Assembly (NCBI GenBank): GCA_020720815.1
Contig: DYNY01000003.1
Span: forward strand, 1,002 to 65,001
DNA length: 64,000 nt
DNA from: Candidatus Elulimicrobium sp.
Lineage (GTDB): Bacteria > Patescibacteriota > Minisyncoccia > Phycocordibacterales > UBA918
Direction of reading: 5' to 3'
The translations under genes and the position numbers were made by a program. Positions within the stretch are counted from its first letter, which is position 1, and the number at the start of each line of letters is the position of its first letter. The notes under the pieces were generated by a model, which made no database searches, had not been told where the DNA came from, and worked only from the letters and a program-made list of their open reading frames with translations. Positions 8,420-17,494 of this stretch are shown here, piece by piece.

Positions 8420-9601
8420 ATGCCTAGAATTAAGACGGTAGTAACTAAATTAGTTGCCTTGTTCCTTCTAGGTTCCGTGGTGACACCTCTTTTTGCTCAA
8501 GAGCTACACCAAGATGTTCAGGAGTTACTAAAGGCTGAAGTGTTTGAGGTAGTAGATGAATATGAGCGGGATATTATGGGGACGCAGGCTTCGACAACTG
8601 TTCAAGAACTACGAATCATAATTAAGGAAGGAGAAAGAGAAGGGGAGGTGGTTAGGTTAGAGAATGATTTAATTAAGTTAGCTAAAGGGGACGATATCTT
8701 TGTTACTCGAATGGTGATGATAGATGGAACCGAATATTTCACTTTTAAGGATATTGAGCGGCGACCACCCTTAATTTTTCTCGTGTTTATATTTATCGGC
8801 TTAATAATTTGGCTTTCTGGGATGCAGGGAGTAAGAGCTATTTTGAGTCTTGGGCTTAGTGTTGCGGCTATATTGTTTGTATTGATTCCGGCCTTAAAGC
8901 TCGGCTATTCACCAGCCCTAGTTAGTCTTGGGATTGCTGGAGTAATTTTGGCGGTTACGCTCTTTTTTACCCACGGCTTCAAGCCACGAGTGGTGGTGAC
9001 ATTTCTTGGGACCTTTGGTGCGGTTTTTATTACCTGTATTGTTGCATGGGTTTGGGTAGAGTGGATGCGTTTTACTGGCTTTGGGGATGATGCTTCAGTT
9101 TATTTAAATTTTGCTACCGGTGGAAAGATTGATTTAGCCGGCCTACTTCTAGGGGGAATTATTATTGGTCTTCTCGGAGTATTGGATGATGTCTCTATTA
9201 CGCAAGCTTCGGTGGTGCAGGAACTTAAGGGGGCCAATCCCGGACTTGGTTTCAAGGCACTATACACAAAAGCACTGCGGGTCGGGAAAGACCATGTTGG
9301 TTCCTTGGTAAACACTTTGGCCTTGGCCTACGCCGGTGCCTCATTACCACTGTTGCTTCTTTATGCCTACTCGGAGTCATCAATGTGGGTAATTTTAAAC
9401 CAGGAGGTAATAGCGGCTGAAGTATTAAGAATAGTAGTGGGTAGTATCGGATTGATTTTAGCTGTACCGTTAACGACCGCTCTGGCAGCTTGGTATTTTA
9501 AGGATCAGGTGGTGGAGGAAGAGGATGATCATGGGCATTCGCATAGTCATGGACATAGTTACAATAGTGAAAACAAGCCAAAACATTATGACTACCATTA
9601 A
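8420..9601 (+). CDS. YibE/F-family polytopic membrane protein with a His-rich C-terminal tail
   Basis: Signal/TM at the N-terminus, a soluble N-domain, then ~8 TM helices with an LGVLDDVSITQASVV motif. C-terminal DDHGHSHSHGHSY. Confidence 0.5.
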   Translation: MPRIKTVVTKLVALFLLGSVVTPLFAQELHQDVQELLKAEVFEVVDEYERDIMGTQASTTVQELRIIIKEGEREGEVVRLENDLIKLAKGDDIFVTRMVMIDGTEYFTFKDIERRPPLIFLVFIFIGLIIWLSGMQGVRAILSLGLSVAAILFVLIPALKLGYSPALVSLGIAGVILAVTLFFTHGFKPRVVVTFLGTFGAVFITCIVAWVWVEWMRFTGFGDDASVYLNFATGGKIDLAGLLLGGIIIGLLGVLDDVSITQASVVQELKGANPGLGFKALYTKALRVGKDHVGSLVNTLALAYAGASLPLLLLYAYSESSMWVILNQEVIAAEVLRIVVGSIGLILAVPLTTALAAWYFKDQVVEEEDDHGHSHSHGHSYNSENKPKHYDYH

Positions 9602-9659
9602 TTTTTAAGCTATAATTTAAGTAAGGTTAACTTTAGCACTATTAATTAATAAAATAAAC

Positions 9660-10046
9660 ATGAAAAATTTTGGTCAAGAATTTAAAGCTTTTGTTATGCG
9701 GGGTAACGTGGTCGATCTGGCTGTGGCGGTCGTGATTGGTGCCGCTTTTGGTAAGATTGTTACTTCATTAGTAGAAAACATTATTACTCCACTTATTGGG
9801 GTACTTTTGGGCGGAGTAAATTTTACTGGTTTTTCGTTTACGATCGGTAAGGCGGTTGTAAACTATGGTGTATTCATTCAAAGTATTTTTGATTTTGTCG
9901 TTATTGCGCTAGCTATCTTTGTAGCCATCAAAGCTTTAAGTAAGCTACAAAAGAAAGAAGAAATAGCACCCTCAGCGGAAAAGATAGTAGAACCAACGGA
10001 AGAAATTAAGTTGCTACGAGAGATTCGCGATAGCTTGAGGCGGTAG
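9660..10046 (+). CDS. mscL: Large-conductance mechanosensitive channel MscL
   Basis: FKAFVMRGNVVDLAVAVVIGAAFGKIV…, the canonical MscL TM1 and N-terminal motif. Confidence 0.9.
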   Translation: MKNFGQEFKAFVMRGNVVDLAVAVVIGAAFGKIVTSLVENIITPLIGVLLGGVNFTGFSFTIGKAVVNYGVFIQSIFDFVVIALAIFVAIKALSKLQKKEEIAPSAEKIVEPTEEIKLLREIRDSLRR

Positions 10047-10462
10047 GTAGAGATTAAGAATAAACACAAAAACCAGTGGGTCTTTTTTGTTCGGAAGGCT
10101 CTTTTTTCTTGACCAACTAGTCAGATTTATAGTAGAGGTTTACGGGACTCACAGTTATCCACATTAGTGTTTACCGAACATGGCAATAAGGACTTTATTT
10201 TCAGCCGTTTAACGAAAAATAAGCTTTCTTTAAAAGATGGTATTATTTAATAACGCACGAGTTTCTCCACCGTGTGTTGGGGGTATCTTAGGCACAAGCG
10301 GACATGTACCATGACACAACAACATGGAGGCTGTTCCTGTCATATTTATATCTTTCTTAAACCTAACTGCGGACATTGACTATACAACAATGTATCCACC
10401 ACCAATTATGTTTGTGAGAGATTCCTTGAGAATTTATTGTTAATAGTTTTAGTAGTTGAAGT

Positions 10463-11776
10463 ATGGACATTAAAAATATTCGTAAGCGCGATGGTTCGAT
10501 TCAGTCATTCAATATCGATAAAGTGCAAAGTGCTATTTTGAAAGCACTCTACGAGACACAAGAAGGCGAAGTCACTGACGCCAAAAAAGTGGCTGACCTT
10601 ACTTTGCAAAAAACTATTGCCATGTGTACGCAGGCGGTTAATGCTTTGCCAGATGAGCCAGCGGCATTGAAGTGTGTGGATGGGTATCCGGCGGTAGAAG
10701 AAGTACAAGACTTAGTGGAGCAGTCTTTGATGGAACTTAATTACTTTGAGACCGCCAAGGCATATATAATTTATCGTAATAATAGAAAGAAGCTACGTGA
10801 GAGAGATATTTTTAAGGCTCGAGTAAATCTTAAACCATATGAATACCCAGAGCTTTATGAGTATACTAATTCGATTCGACATTCCTACTGGATTCATACG
10901 GAGTTTAATTACACTAGTGACATCAATGATTTTCATGTAAACGTAACAGAGGGTGAACGAGTGGCGATAAAAAATGCCATGCTTGCGATTGCCCAGATAG
11001 AGGTGTCCGTCAAAACTTTCTGGGGTGATATCTACAAAAAAATGCCGAAACCAGAAATTGGTTCAGTGGGGGCTACTTTTTCTGAAAGTGAAGTAAGACA
11101 CGCCGATGCTTACTCCCACTTGTTAGAAATCCTTGGACTTAATCAGGAATTTGAGCGAGTAAAAGATATTCCTGTGATTCAAGAGCGCATCAAGTACCTT
11201 GAGAAAACTATCAAGTTGTCACAAACTGATGAAAATCGTCAATACATGCACTCAGTGCTATTATTTTCATTATTTATTGAGCACGTCTCACTTTTCTCTC
11301 AGTTTTTGATTATTATGTCTTTCAACAAGCACCGTAATATTTTCAAGGGTATTAGTAATGCGGTTGAGGCTACCTCAAAAGAAGAACAAATTCATGGTTT
11401 GTTCGGTATTGATGTGATCAACATTATTAAGAAAGAACATCCTGAATGGTTTGATGAAGCTTGCAAGGATATGATAATTAAAGCTTGTGAAGAAGCTTAT
11501 GAAGCTGAAAGCAAGATCATTGATTGGATTTATGAAGCAGGGGAATTAGACTTTTTACCATCCACAAATGTAAAGGAGTTTGTCAAAAATCGCTTAAATA
11601 ATTCACTAGCATCAATTGGTTTACCGCGTATCTTTGAGGTAAGTGAAGCATTACTTGAAGAAACGGATTGGTTTGATAACGAAGTGATAGCTACCAAGCA
11701 TGTCGATTTCTTTCATAAGCGCTCAATTAATTACAATAAACGCAGTGCGAGTGTGACGAGTGAGGATTTATTTTAA
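10463..11776 (+). CDS. nrdB: Ribonucleotide reductase class I beta subunit (NrdB/R2) with an N-terminal ATP-cone domain
   Basis: ATP-cone (…IRKRDGSIQSFNIDKV…AKAYIIYRNN) followed by a ferritin-like R2 core with iron ligands (…ESEVRHADAYSHL…, …FSLFIEHVSLFSQF…, EEQIHG). Confidence 0.8.
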   Translation: MDIKNIRKRDGSIQSFNIDKVQSAILKALYETQEGEVTDAKKVADLTLQKTIAMCTQAVNALPDEPAALKCVDGYPAVEEVQDLVEQSLMELNYFETAKAYIIYRNNRKKLRERDIFKARVNLKPYEYPELYEYTNSIRHSYWIHTEFNYTSDINDFHVNVTEGERVAIKNAMLAIAQIEVSVKTFWGDIYKKMPKPEIGSVGATFSESEVRHADAYSHLLEILGLNQEFERVKDIPVIQERIKYLEKTIKLSQTDENRQYMHSVLLFSLFIEHVSLFSQFLIIMSFNKHRNIFKGISNAVEATSKEEQIHGLFGIDVINIIKKEHPEWFDEACKDMIIKACEEAYEAESKIIDWIYEAGELDFLPSTNVKEFVKNRLNNSLASIGLPRIFEVSEALLEETDWFDNEVIATKHVDFFHKRSINYNKRSASVTSEDLF

Positions 11777-11808
11777 ATTTACTAAATTAAATAGCAGATA
11801 AGTTAGAT

Positions 11809-13497
11809 ATGGACTCATGGTACTGGTTGAATGAAAATAGTCTCGGTTTTCTTGCTCGGGGTTATTTAGGGGAAGGACAGACGCCAGAGGAAAGAATTAG
11901 AGTGATTGCTGATACGGCCGAGAAATATCTTGGACGCAAAGGTTTTGCTGACAAGTTTTATAAGTACATGGGTAAGGGATGGATATCTCTAGCTTCACCA
12001 GTTTGGTCAAACTTTGGTAGTACCAAGGGCCTGCCAATTAGTTGTTTTGGTTCTTACATAGCAGACAACATGGGTAGCATTCTTTATTCTAACGCAGAAG
12101 TTGGTATGATGAGTAAGTTTGGTGGTGGCTGTTCTGGATACATGGGGGCACTGCGCGGGCGTGGGTCTAGTATTTCTGATAACGGACAATCTTCCGGCGC
12201 CGTGCATTTTATGCAACTATTTGAAACCTTGGTGGACGTGGTGAGTCAAGGTTCAGTCCGTCGCGGACACTTCTCGCCATACTTACCAGTTGAACACCCA
12301 GATATTTTAGAATTTTTAGACATTGGAACCGAAGGTAACCCAATTCAAAAGTTGACACACGCTGTGACGGTAACTGATAAATGGATGGAAGAGATGGTGG
12401 CTGGTGATAATGAAAAGCGAGCTATTTGGGCACGGGTAATTCAGCGTCGTGGTGAGATGGGTTATCCATATATTATGTTTACCGATACGGCCAACAAAAA
12501 TACCGTTGATGTATACAAAGAAAAAGGCCTCACTATTTATGCTAGTAACATGTGCAGTGAGATTATGTTACCGTCAAACGATGATTGGTCATTTGTCTGT
12601 TGTCTTTCTTCAATTAACCTTCTTCATTATGACGATTGGAAAGATACAGATTTAGTGGAGACTATGATTGCTTTTTTGGATGCTGTGATGGAGGACTTTA
12701 TTGTAAAGCTCGAAGCGATGCGTGATCATAAGGACCCAGAAAAGCGTTTAGGTTTTAGTTTTATGGAGCGAGCTTATAACTTTGCTAAGGCTAACCGAGC
12801 TTTAGGTCTTGGTGTCCTTGGTTGGCATTCACTGTTGCAGGCTAAACAACTAGCTTTTCAAAGCGAAGAAGCGGAAAAGATGAATATCGCAGTTTTCAAA
12901 AACATCAAAGAGCGAGCCACCAAGGCTAGTAAAGATTTAGCGGAAGAGTTGGGTGAACCAGCTGTACTTAATGGTTATGGTCGCCGTAACACCACATTGC
13001 TAGCAATTGCTCCGACCACTTCCTCAGCTTTTATATTGGGGCAGGTATCACAAGGAATTGAGCCAATCTGGTCCAACTGCTACGTTAAGGATGTGGCCAA
13101 GATGAAAGTGACAATCAAAAACCCAACTCTCCAGACTTTGTTGTCGGAAAAAGGAAAAGATACTAAAGTGATCTGGGATAGTATTCGCGATACTGATGGT
13201 TCGGTCCAACACCTCGATTTTTTGACTGACCAAGAGCGAGCGGTTTTTCGTACTTTTTCAGAAATTGATCAAGGAGCGGTGATTAAGCAGGCGGCCGATA
13301 GACAAGTTTATATCGACCAAGGTCAATCATTAAATATTATGGTTGAACCAGATACACCAGTCAAAGATATCAATCAGCTCTATATTCAGGCTTGGAGACA
13401 GGGTATAAAATCCCTTTACTACCAGCACTCGATGAACGCAGCTCAGCAGATGGTGCGCAAGAAGTTGGCCGCTAACGCAAAAGAGGCAGGCAAATAG
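11809..13497 (+). CDS. nrdA: Ribonucleotide reductase class I alpha subunit (NrdA), short form without an ATP-cone
   Basis: Catalytic NMCSEI and SFVCCLSSINL regions, ten-stranded barrel motifs, C-terminal tail. Confidence 0.8.
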   Translation: MDSWYWLNENSLGFLARGYLGEGQTPEERIRVIADTAEKYLGRKGFADKFYKYMGKGWISLASPVWSNFGSTKGLPISCFGSYIADNMGSILYSNAEVGMMSKFGGGCSGYMGALRGRGSSISDNGQSSGAVHFMQLFETLVDVVSQGSVRRGHFSPYLPVEHPDILEFLDIGTEGNPIQKLTHAVTVTDKWMEEMVAGDNEKRAIWARVIQRRGEMGYPYIMFTDTANKNTVDVYKEKGLTIYASNMCSEIMLPSNDDWSFVCCLSSINLLHYDDWKDTDLVETMIAFLDAVMEDFIVKLEAMRDHKDPEKRLGFSFMERAYNFAKANRALGLGVLGWHSLLQAKQLAFQSEEAEKMNIAVFKNIKERATKASKDLAEELGEPAVLNGYGRRNTTLLAIAPTTSSAFILGQVSQGIEPIWSNCYVKDVAKMKVTIKNPTLQTLLSEKGKDTKVIWDSIRDTDGSVQHLDFLTDQERAVFRTFSEIDQGAVIKQAADRQVYIDQGQSLNIMVEPDTPVKDINQLYIQAWRQGIKSLYYQHSMNAAQQMVRKKLAANAKEAGK

Positions 13498-13502
13498 AAA
13501 TA

Positions 13503-13551
13503 AAACAGCCGAACCGCTAATCTAGATGAGGAATTGCTCGGCTGTTTTTAT
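13503..13551 (+). terminator. Rho-independent terminator after nrdA
   Basis: aaacagccga…tcggctgttttta hairpin followed by a T-run. Confidence 0.6.
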
Positions 13552-13924
13552 ATACCAACCAGTACTTGCCATCTTTTTCTGGTCGGAGTACGATATTTAG
13601 TACCTTAAGCCACAGAGGCAAATGAGGGGAAATAAGTACATAATGGAGTGAGTATGGGGAATAAGAATCAGACTGGTGGTGATTTTTGCGGTGGTCTCCC
13701 ACACGCTGAAAGGTGCGCTATCCAGCAGTACAGAATGAGGTTTGGTTGCACCAGTGTAACTGGTGCAAAAACCGCTTCCTTATCTGTAAATGCGCAGAGT
13801 ATTTCGAATGCTGAGCCTGTCCAACAGGGCGATGTCAGCGTTACCGACAAGAAGACCTGAGGACTAGTCACCAACTAGTTCGATTAAGAGGCCTCCGGCA
13901 ACCCCGGCGGCTTTTCGTTTCTGG

Positions 13925-13953
13925 TTGACTTAGTTATGGTCTGGGCGTACTAT
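13925..13953 (+). promoter_or_regulatory. Putative promoter TTGACT-17-TACTAT
   Basis: Read directly from the sequence. It lies 50 nt upstream of the RBS/ATG of the small basic ORF. Confidence 0.4.
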
Positions 13954-14006
13954 TTTTTTGGTCAAGTTTTTAAAGTGTTATTTCGTCAACCAAAAGAGGA
14001 GTTTTG

Positions 14007-14216
14007 ATGCCTTGTATTACAAATGGACGAGCCGGATCAAGGGGGAAGTTGGCTCGAAAGGAGGAAAAGAAATGTGGCAAAGAAGTGGTGCGCCGCAGGG
14101 AATTCCGAAGGAAACTTGCGAAACTTTGCCTGCGTTGGCATAACGCATGGCGAGGGAAGCAGCGAATTCCGAAAGGTCTCATTGAGTCCCTCAAGAAAGA
14201 GGCAAACATCATCTGA
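14007..14216 (+). CDS. Small highly basic protein (69 aa), possibly ribosomal protein S21-like
   Basis: Strong SD (AAGAGGAG) 6 nt before the ATG, own promoter and terminator. MPCITNGRAGSRGKLARKEEKKCGKEVVRRREFRRK… resembles the S21 core (…RRFKRSxEKxGxLxExRRREFYEKP…). Confidence 0.35.
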   Translation: MPCITNGRAGSRGKLARKEEKKCGKEVVRRREFRRKLAKLCLRWHNAWRGKQRIPKGLIESLKKEANII

Positions 14217-14247
14217 TGTTTTGACAAAATGATTGGAAGTAAGATTA

Positions 14248-14275
14248 AGGTGGTCCTTCGGACCACCTTTTAAAT
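14248..14275 (+). terminator. Rho-independent terminator
   Basis: aaggtggtccttcggaccacctttt followed by aaatt. Confidence 0.65.
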
Positions 14276-14508
14276 TGTCTTGGAAAAACGCCTTTTTATA
14301 CCTTTGTAAAGTCTACTAAGTATTTTTGATGAACAAGTAATACACAGGACTGTTGAAAGCTTGGTGGTATGAAAGTGTATACAGTGTATGATAGGGGAAG
14401 TTGAGTATTGGTTAAAAAACAGCGAGCAGGGACTACGTATCGCGACTACGCAGTCCCCGCTCGCTGTTTTTTGTTTTTCTTTTAATAAATTTGTTATAGT
14501 TTAGGTTC

Positions 14509-15453
14509 ATGCGAGCCATTTTTATTTTTGCTTTTATTTTTGCCGTCGTTTTTGCTACCAGTAATTGGTACGTTAATACCGCATCTGTTTGCCCTACACC
14601 TATTACTTATAGTGTTGGTAATCTTGATCCACGTTTTCCTATTTCGGATGATGAAATAAAAGCTGTTGCAACTAAAGCAGAAGCGGTTTGGGAAACTGCG
14701 TCTTTGCGTGATTTATTTGTTTATGACGAACAGTCAGATTTTACAATTAATTTAATTTATGATGAGCGTCAACAGCGGACGGTGACGGAAGAAGAATGGC
14801 GAATAAGGTTAGATGAGATGCAAAAAGAACACCAGGCGTTAATTACTCAAATTGAAGGATTGGGTGTTCGTTACCAAAGTGACGTTGCTTCGTATGATAA
14901 TAAGCGGGAGGAATATGAAGCGAAATTAGTTGCTTACAACGCACAAGTAGAAAAATATAACAAGGCAGGAGGAGCACCACCGGACGTTTTTTCGGCTTTA
15001 CAAGAAGAAGCTGAAAATCTAAATAAAATGCAACGAGAAATGTTGGAATTAGAGAAGAAGCTAAACCAACAAGTCGATATAGTTAATAAGTTAGGAGAAG
15101 AGGGGAATGCCAAAATTGCAGTCTACAACTCTGAAGTCGTAGAGTACAACGAAGTGTTTGGTGCTCTGGAAACCTTTACTCAAGGAGATTACGAACGAGA
15201 ACGAATTAATATCTATAAATTTTCAAGTATTGATGAGTTGACTCGGGTAATAATTCATGAGTTTGGTCACGCCCTTGGTGTTGGTCATGTTGAGGGAGAA
15301 GATTCAGTCATGTATTATTTAATGACAGAGAAAAGTTCCTCGGTTTTATCAGCTGAAGACATCTCTGCTTTAACTGCTATCTGTGGAAGTACTGATACTG
15401 CACAAGCGAAACTACGTCAACTAATAAGAAAACTATTAAAAAACTTTAATTAA
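14509..15453 (+). CDS. Secreted metzincin-type zinc metalloprotease (matrixin/M10-like) with a coiled-coil region
   Basis: N-terminal signal/TM. HEFGHALGVGH…SVMYY is the HExxHxxGxxH motif plus Met-turn. Confidence 0.7.
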   Translation: MRAIFIFAFIFAVVFATSNWYVNTASVCPTPITYSVGNLDPRFPISDDEIKAVATKAEAVWETASLRDLFVYDEQSDFTINLIYDERQQRTVTEEEWRIRLDEMQKEHQALITQIEGLGVRYQSDVASYDNKREEYEAKLVAYNAQVEKYNKAGGAPPDVFSALQEEAENLNKMQREMLELEKKLNQQVDIVNKLGEEGNAKIAVYNSEVVEYNEVFGALETFTQGDYERERINIYKFSSIDELTRVIIHEFGHALGVGHVEGEDSVMYYLMTEKSSSVLSAEDISALTAICGSTDTAQAKLRQLIRKLLKNFN

Positions 15454-15458
15454 TTTAT

Positions 15459-16253
15459 ATGGAAACAACCTTTTTTAGTAACAAGAATAATCGATTGCTG
15501 GGGGCATTAGCTTTGCTAATGTTTATTATCGCCTTAGGTGCTTATACCCAATATACTTTTAAGCAGTCAGAGTATCTATATTCAGGACCAACAACTATTT
15601 CTGTTATTGGTGAGGGCGAAGTCAGTGCTATTCCAGATATTGGCAAGTTTAGTTTTTCGGTTATGGCAGAAGGTGTTGACGCAATAAAAGCACGTGAAGT
15701 GTCAAATACCAAAACAAATGATGTCCTCGCTTTCCTAAAAGAAAAGGGAGTGGAAGAAAAAGATATTAAAACTGAGTCCTACAGTCTTTATCCAAAGTAT
15801 AAATATGAGCAAAGGCCTTGCCCAGTTGGTTCATATTGTCCTGGTGATCAAGTCCAAGATGGATTTGAGGTAATGCAGACTATTTCCGTTAAGGTGCGCA
15901 ATATTGATTTGGCTGGGGATCTAGTTGCTGGAGTAGGCGATAAGGGAGCGACTAACCTCAGTGGTTTAGAATTTACGATTGATGATACGAGTGTACTAAA
16001 AGAGGAAGCCAGAAAAGAAGCGATTGCCGATGCCAAAGCTAAGGCTGAGGTATTAGCTAAGGAGCTAAATGTAAGACTTGAAAGGATGGTTGGTTACTAT
16101 GAAGATGAGAATGGTGGACCGGTGCCATATTATGGTATGGGAGAGGATATGATGGTAAAAACAGCTATGGAGACAGCTCCGGCGTCACCAGACCTACCAG
16201 TCGGAGAGAATGTGACTAAAAGTAGAGTAACAATTACTTACCAAATAAAATAG
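15459..16253 (+). CDS. SIMPL-domain (DUF541/YggE-like) periplasmic protein
   Basis: …ISVIGEGEVSAIPDIGKFSFSV… and …FEVMQTISVKVRNIDLAGDLVAGVGDKGATNLSGLEFTIDDTSVLKEEARKEAIADAKAKAEVLAKELN… align with E. coli YggE. Confidence 0.75.
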   Translation: METTFFSNKNNRLLGALALLMFIIALGAYTQYTFKQSEYLYSGPTTISVIGEGEVSAIPDIGKFSFSVMAEGVDAIKAREVSNTKTNDVLAFLKEKGVEEKDIKTESYSLYPKYKYEQRPCPVGSYCPGDQVQDGFEVMQTISVKVRNIDLAGDLVAGVGDKGATNLSGLEFTIDDTSVLKEEARKEAIADAKAKAEVLAKELNVRLERMVGYYEDENGGPVPYYGMGEDMMVKTAMETAPASPDLPVGENVTKSRVTITYQIK

Positions 16254-16273
16254 GGTAACAGAACACTAAAACA

Positions 16274-16297
16274 AAAAAGCCCTAAGGGGCTTTTTTG
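16274..16297 (+). terminator. Rho-independent terminator
   Basis: aaaaaagccctaaggggctttttt. Confidence 0.7.
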
Positions 16298-16306
16298 TTA
16301 AAAATT

Positions 16307-16334
16307 TTGACATTATTCAAAATATCTGTATAAT
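16307..16334 (+). promoter_or_regulatory. Sigma70-type promoter TTGACA-16-TATAAT upstream of secE
   Basis: ttgaca at 16307-16312, tataat at 16329-16334. Confidence 0.55.
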
Positions 16335-16383
16335 AGTAGTTAATTCGCCCCAGAGGCGTTTTTATTTTGGTAAACTAATTCGT

Positions 16384-16572
16384 ATGAGTAAATTAAGTAA
16401 TTATCTAAGGGACACAATGGTAGAACTTAAGCAGGTATCTTGGCCGACGCAAAGACAAGCTTTTACGTATACAGCATTGGTGATTGTTATTTCAGTGTTC
16501 GTCTCTTTCTTTTTAGGGGCTTTCGATTTCCTATTTACTAAAGTGGTGGAGTTTATTGTTGGAACGGTTTAA
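16384..16572 (+). CDS. secE: Preprotein translocase subunit SecE
   Basis: 62 aa, with a C-terminal TM helix and …ELKQVSWPTQRQAFTYTALVIV…. It lies directly upstream of nusG. Confidence 0.85.
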   Translation: MSKLSNYLRDTMVELKQVSWPTQRQAFTYTALVIVISVFVSFFLGAFDFLFTKVVEFIVGTV

Positions 16573-16591
16573 TTAGTATTAATAATTTATT

Positions 16592-17137
16592 ATGGCTAAA
16601 CAACAAGGCACAGGCGAACGGCATTGGTATGCAATACACACTTACTCCGGCTATGAAAACGCTGTAACCAGAAATCTAAAACAACGTATTGATTCACTTG
16701 GTATGAATGATAAGATTTTCAGTGTGGTAGTACCAACTGAAAAAAAGATTCGCGTGAAGGGAGGGAAGCGGGTAATGGAAGAAGAAAGAATTTATCCGGG
16801 TTATGTATTGGTAGAAATGATCGTCGATGATGAGTCATGGTATGTGGTACGTAATACACCTAGAGTCACCGGCTTTGTTGGTAGTGGTACTCAACCAGTC
16901 CCACTTACTCCAGCCGAATACAATGCTCTAATGGAACGAATGTCGACCGATACGGTAAAGCATAAACTTGATATTGCTCCCGGAGACATTGTTACGATTG
17001 TGGATGGGCCATTCAAAGACCTAGAAGGACACGTCGGTGAGGTTGATGAAAAGAGCGGTAAGGTTAAGGTTTTGGTGTCGATGTTTGGACGCGAGACCCC
17101 GGTCGAGCTAGATTTTTTGCAGTTAAAGCGTGTGTAA
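16592..17137 (+). CDS. nusG: Transcription termination/antitermination factor NusG
   Basis: NGN domain (WYAIHTYSGYENAV…) and a C-terminal KOW domain (…PGDIVTIVDGPFKDLEGHVGEVD…). Confidence 0.9.
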   Translation: MAKQQGTGERHWYAIHTYSGYENAVTRNLKQRIDSLGMNDKIFSVVVPTEKKIRVKGGKRVMEEERIYPGYVLVEMIVDDESWYVVRNTPRVTGFVGSGTQPVPLTPAEYNALMERMSTDTVKHKLDIAPGDIVTIVDGPFKDLEGHVGEVDEKSGKVKVLVSMFGRETPVELDFLQLKRV

Positions 17138-17260
17138 AAGATTCTAATTTTGCATATTGGCTTTGTTGGTCGTCAGAAAATTTTGTTCAATGTACGATAA
17201 AGTACACCTCACAAATTTTCTTTAACCGTCTCGCCATTGCATCAAAACTAAACCTTTTAG

Positions 17261-17287
17261 AAAAAAGCCCCTCGGGGCTTTTTTCTT
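17261..17287 (+). terminator. Rho-independent terminator after nusG
   Basis: aaaaaagcccctcggggctttttt. Confidence 0.7.
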
Positions 17288-17297
17288 GTTTTCCAAG

Positions 17298-17368
17298 CCC
17301 AGCCCCCCAGCTATTTGCGGAGGGCGAATATTGGGGTGGTGGGCGGAGCAAATAGCTGGGGGACTGGG
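17298..17368 (+). promoter_or_regulatory. GC-rich ~20-bp-stem hairpin with a G-rich 30-nt loop in the rplK leader
   Basis: cccagccccccagctatttgc … gcaaatagctgggggactggg is a near-perfect inverted repeat. The loop is ggagggcgaatattggggtggtgggcgga. Confidence 0.4.
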
Positions 17369-17494
17369 CGTAGGGGAATAAGACAGGCCTATTTCTATTG
17401 CAAAATAACCCTTTTTCTTGTAGGATACGCAAGCTTCTAAGTAGGAATCTGTAATGGAACAGGGACTGAAAATAATTTAAATTTAATCAACCAC

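Noticed and set aside
13648-13860. 70-aa ORF (MSMGNKNQTGGDFCGG…) as a protein gene
   Set aside because: Weak or no Shine-Dalgarno, atypical composition, and a position between two terminators. It was treated as part of a possible ncRNA region instead.
14023-14232. 69-aa ORF MDEPDQGGSWLERRKRN… overlapping the small basic-protein gene
   Set aside because: It has no RBS. The alternative frame starting at 14007 has an ideal SD and spacing, so this ORF is treated as the overlapping frame.
13552-14275. RNase P RNA or tmRNA in the nrdA-downstream intergenic region
   Set aside because: The RNase P consensus blocks checked, GGAAAGTCCGG, AGGGTGAAANGGTGCGGTAAGAGCGCACC and ACAGAANCCGGCTTA, are absent apart from a short TGAAAGGTGCG resemblance. 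There is no tRNA-like T-arm plus acceptor end before the terminator, so it is not tmRNA.
17187-17432. 81-aa minus-strand ORF between nusG and rplK
   Set aside because: It runs through the nusG terminator and the large GC-rich hairpin. The translation is Pro/Gly-rich nonsense. It is better explained as a non-coding leader.
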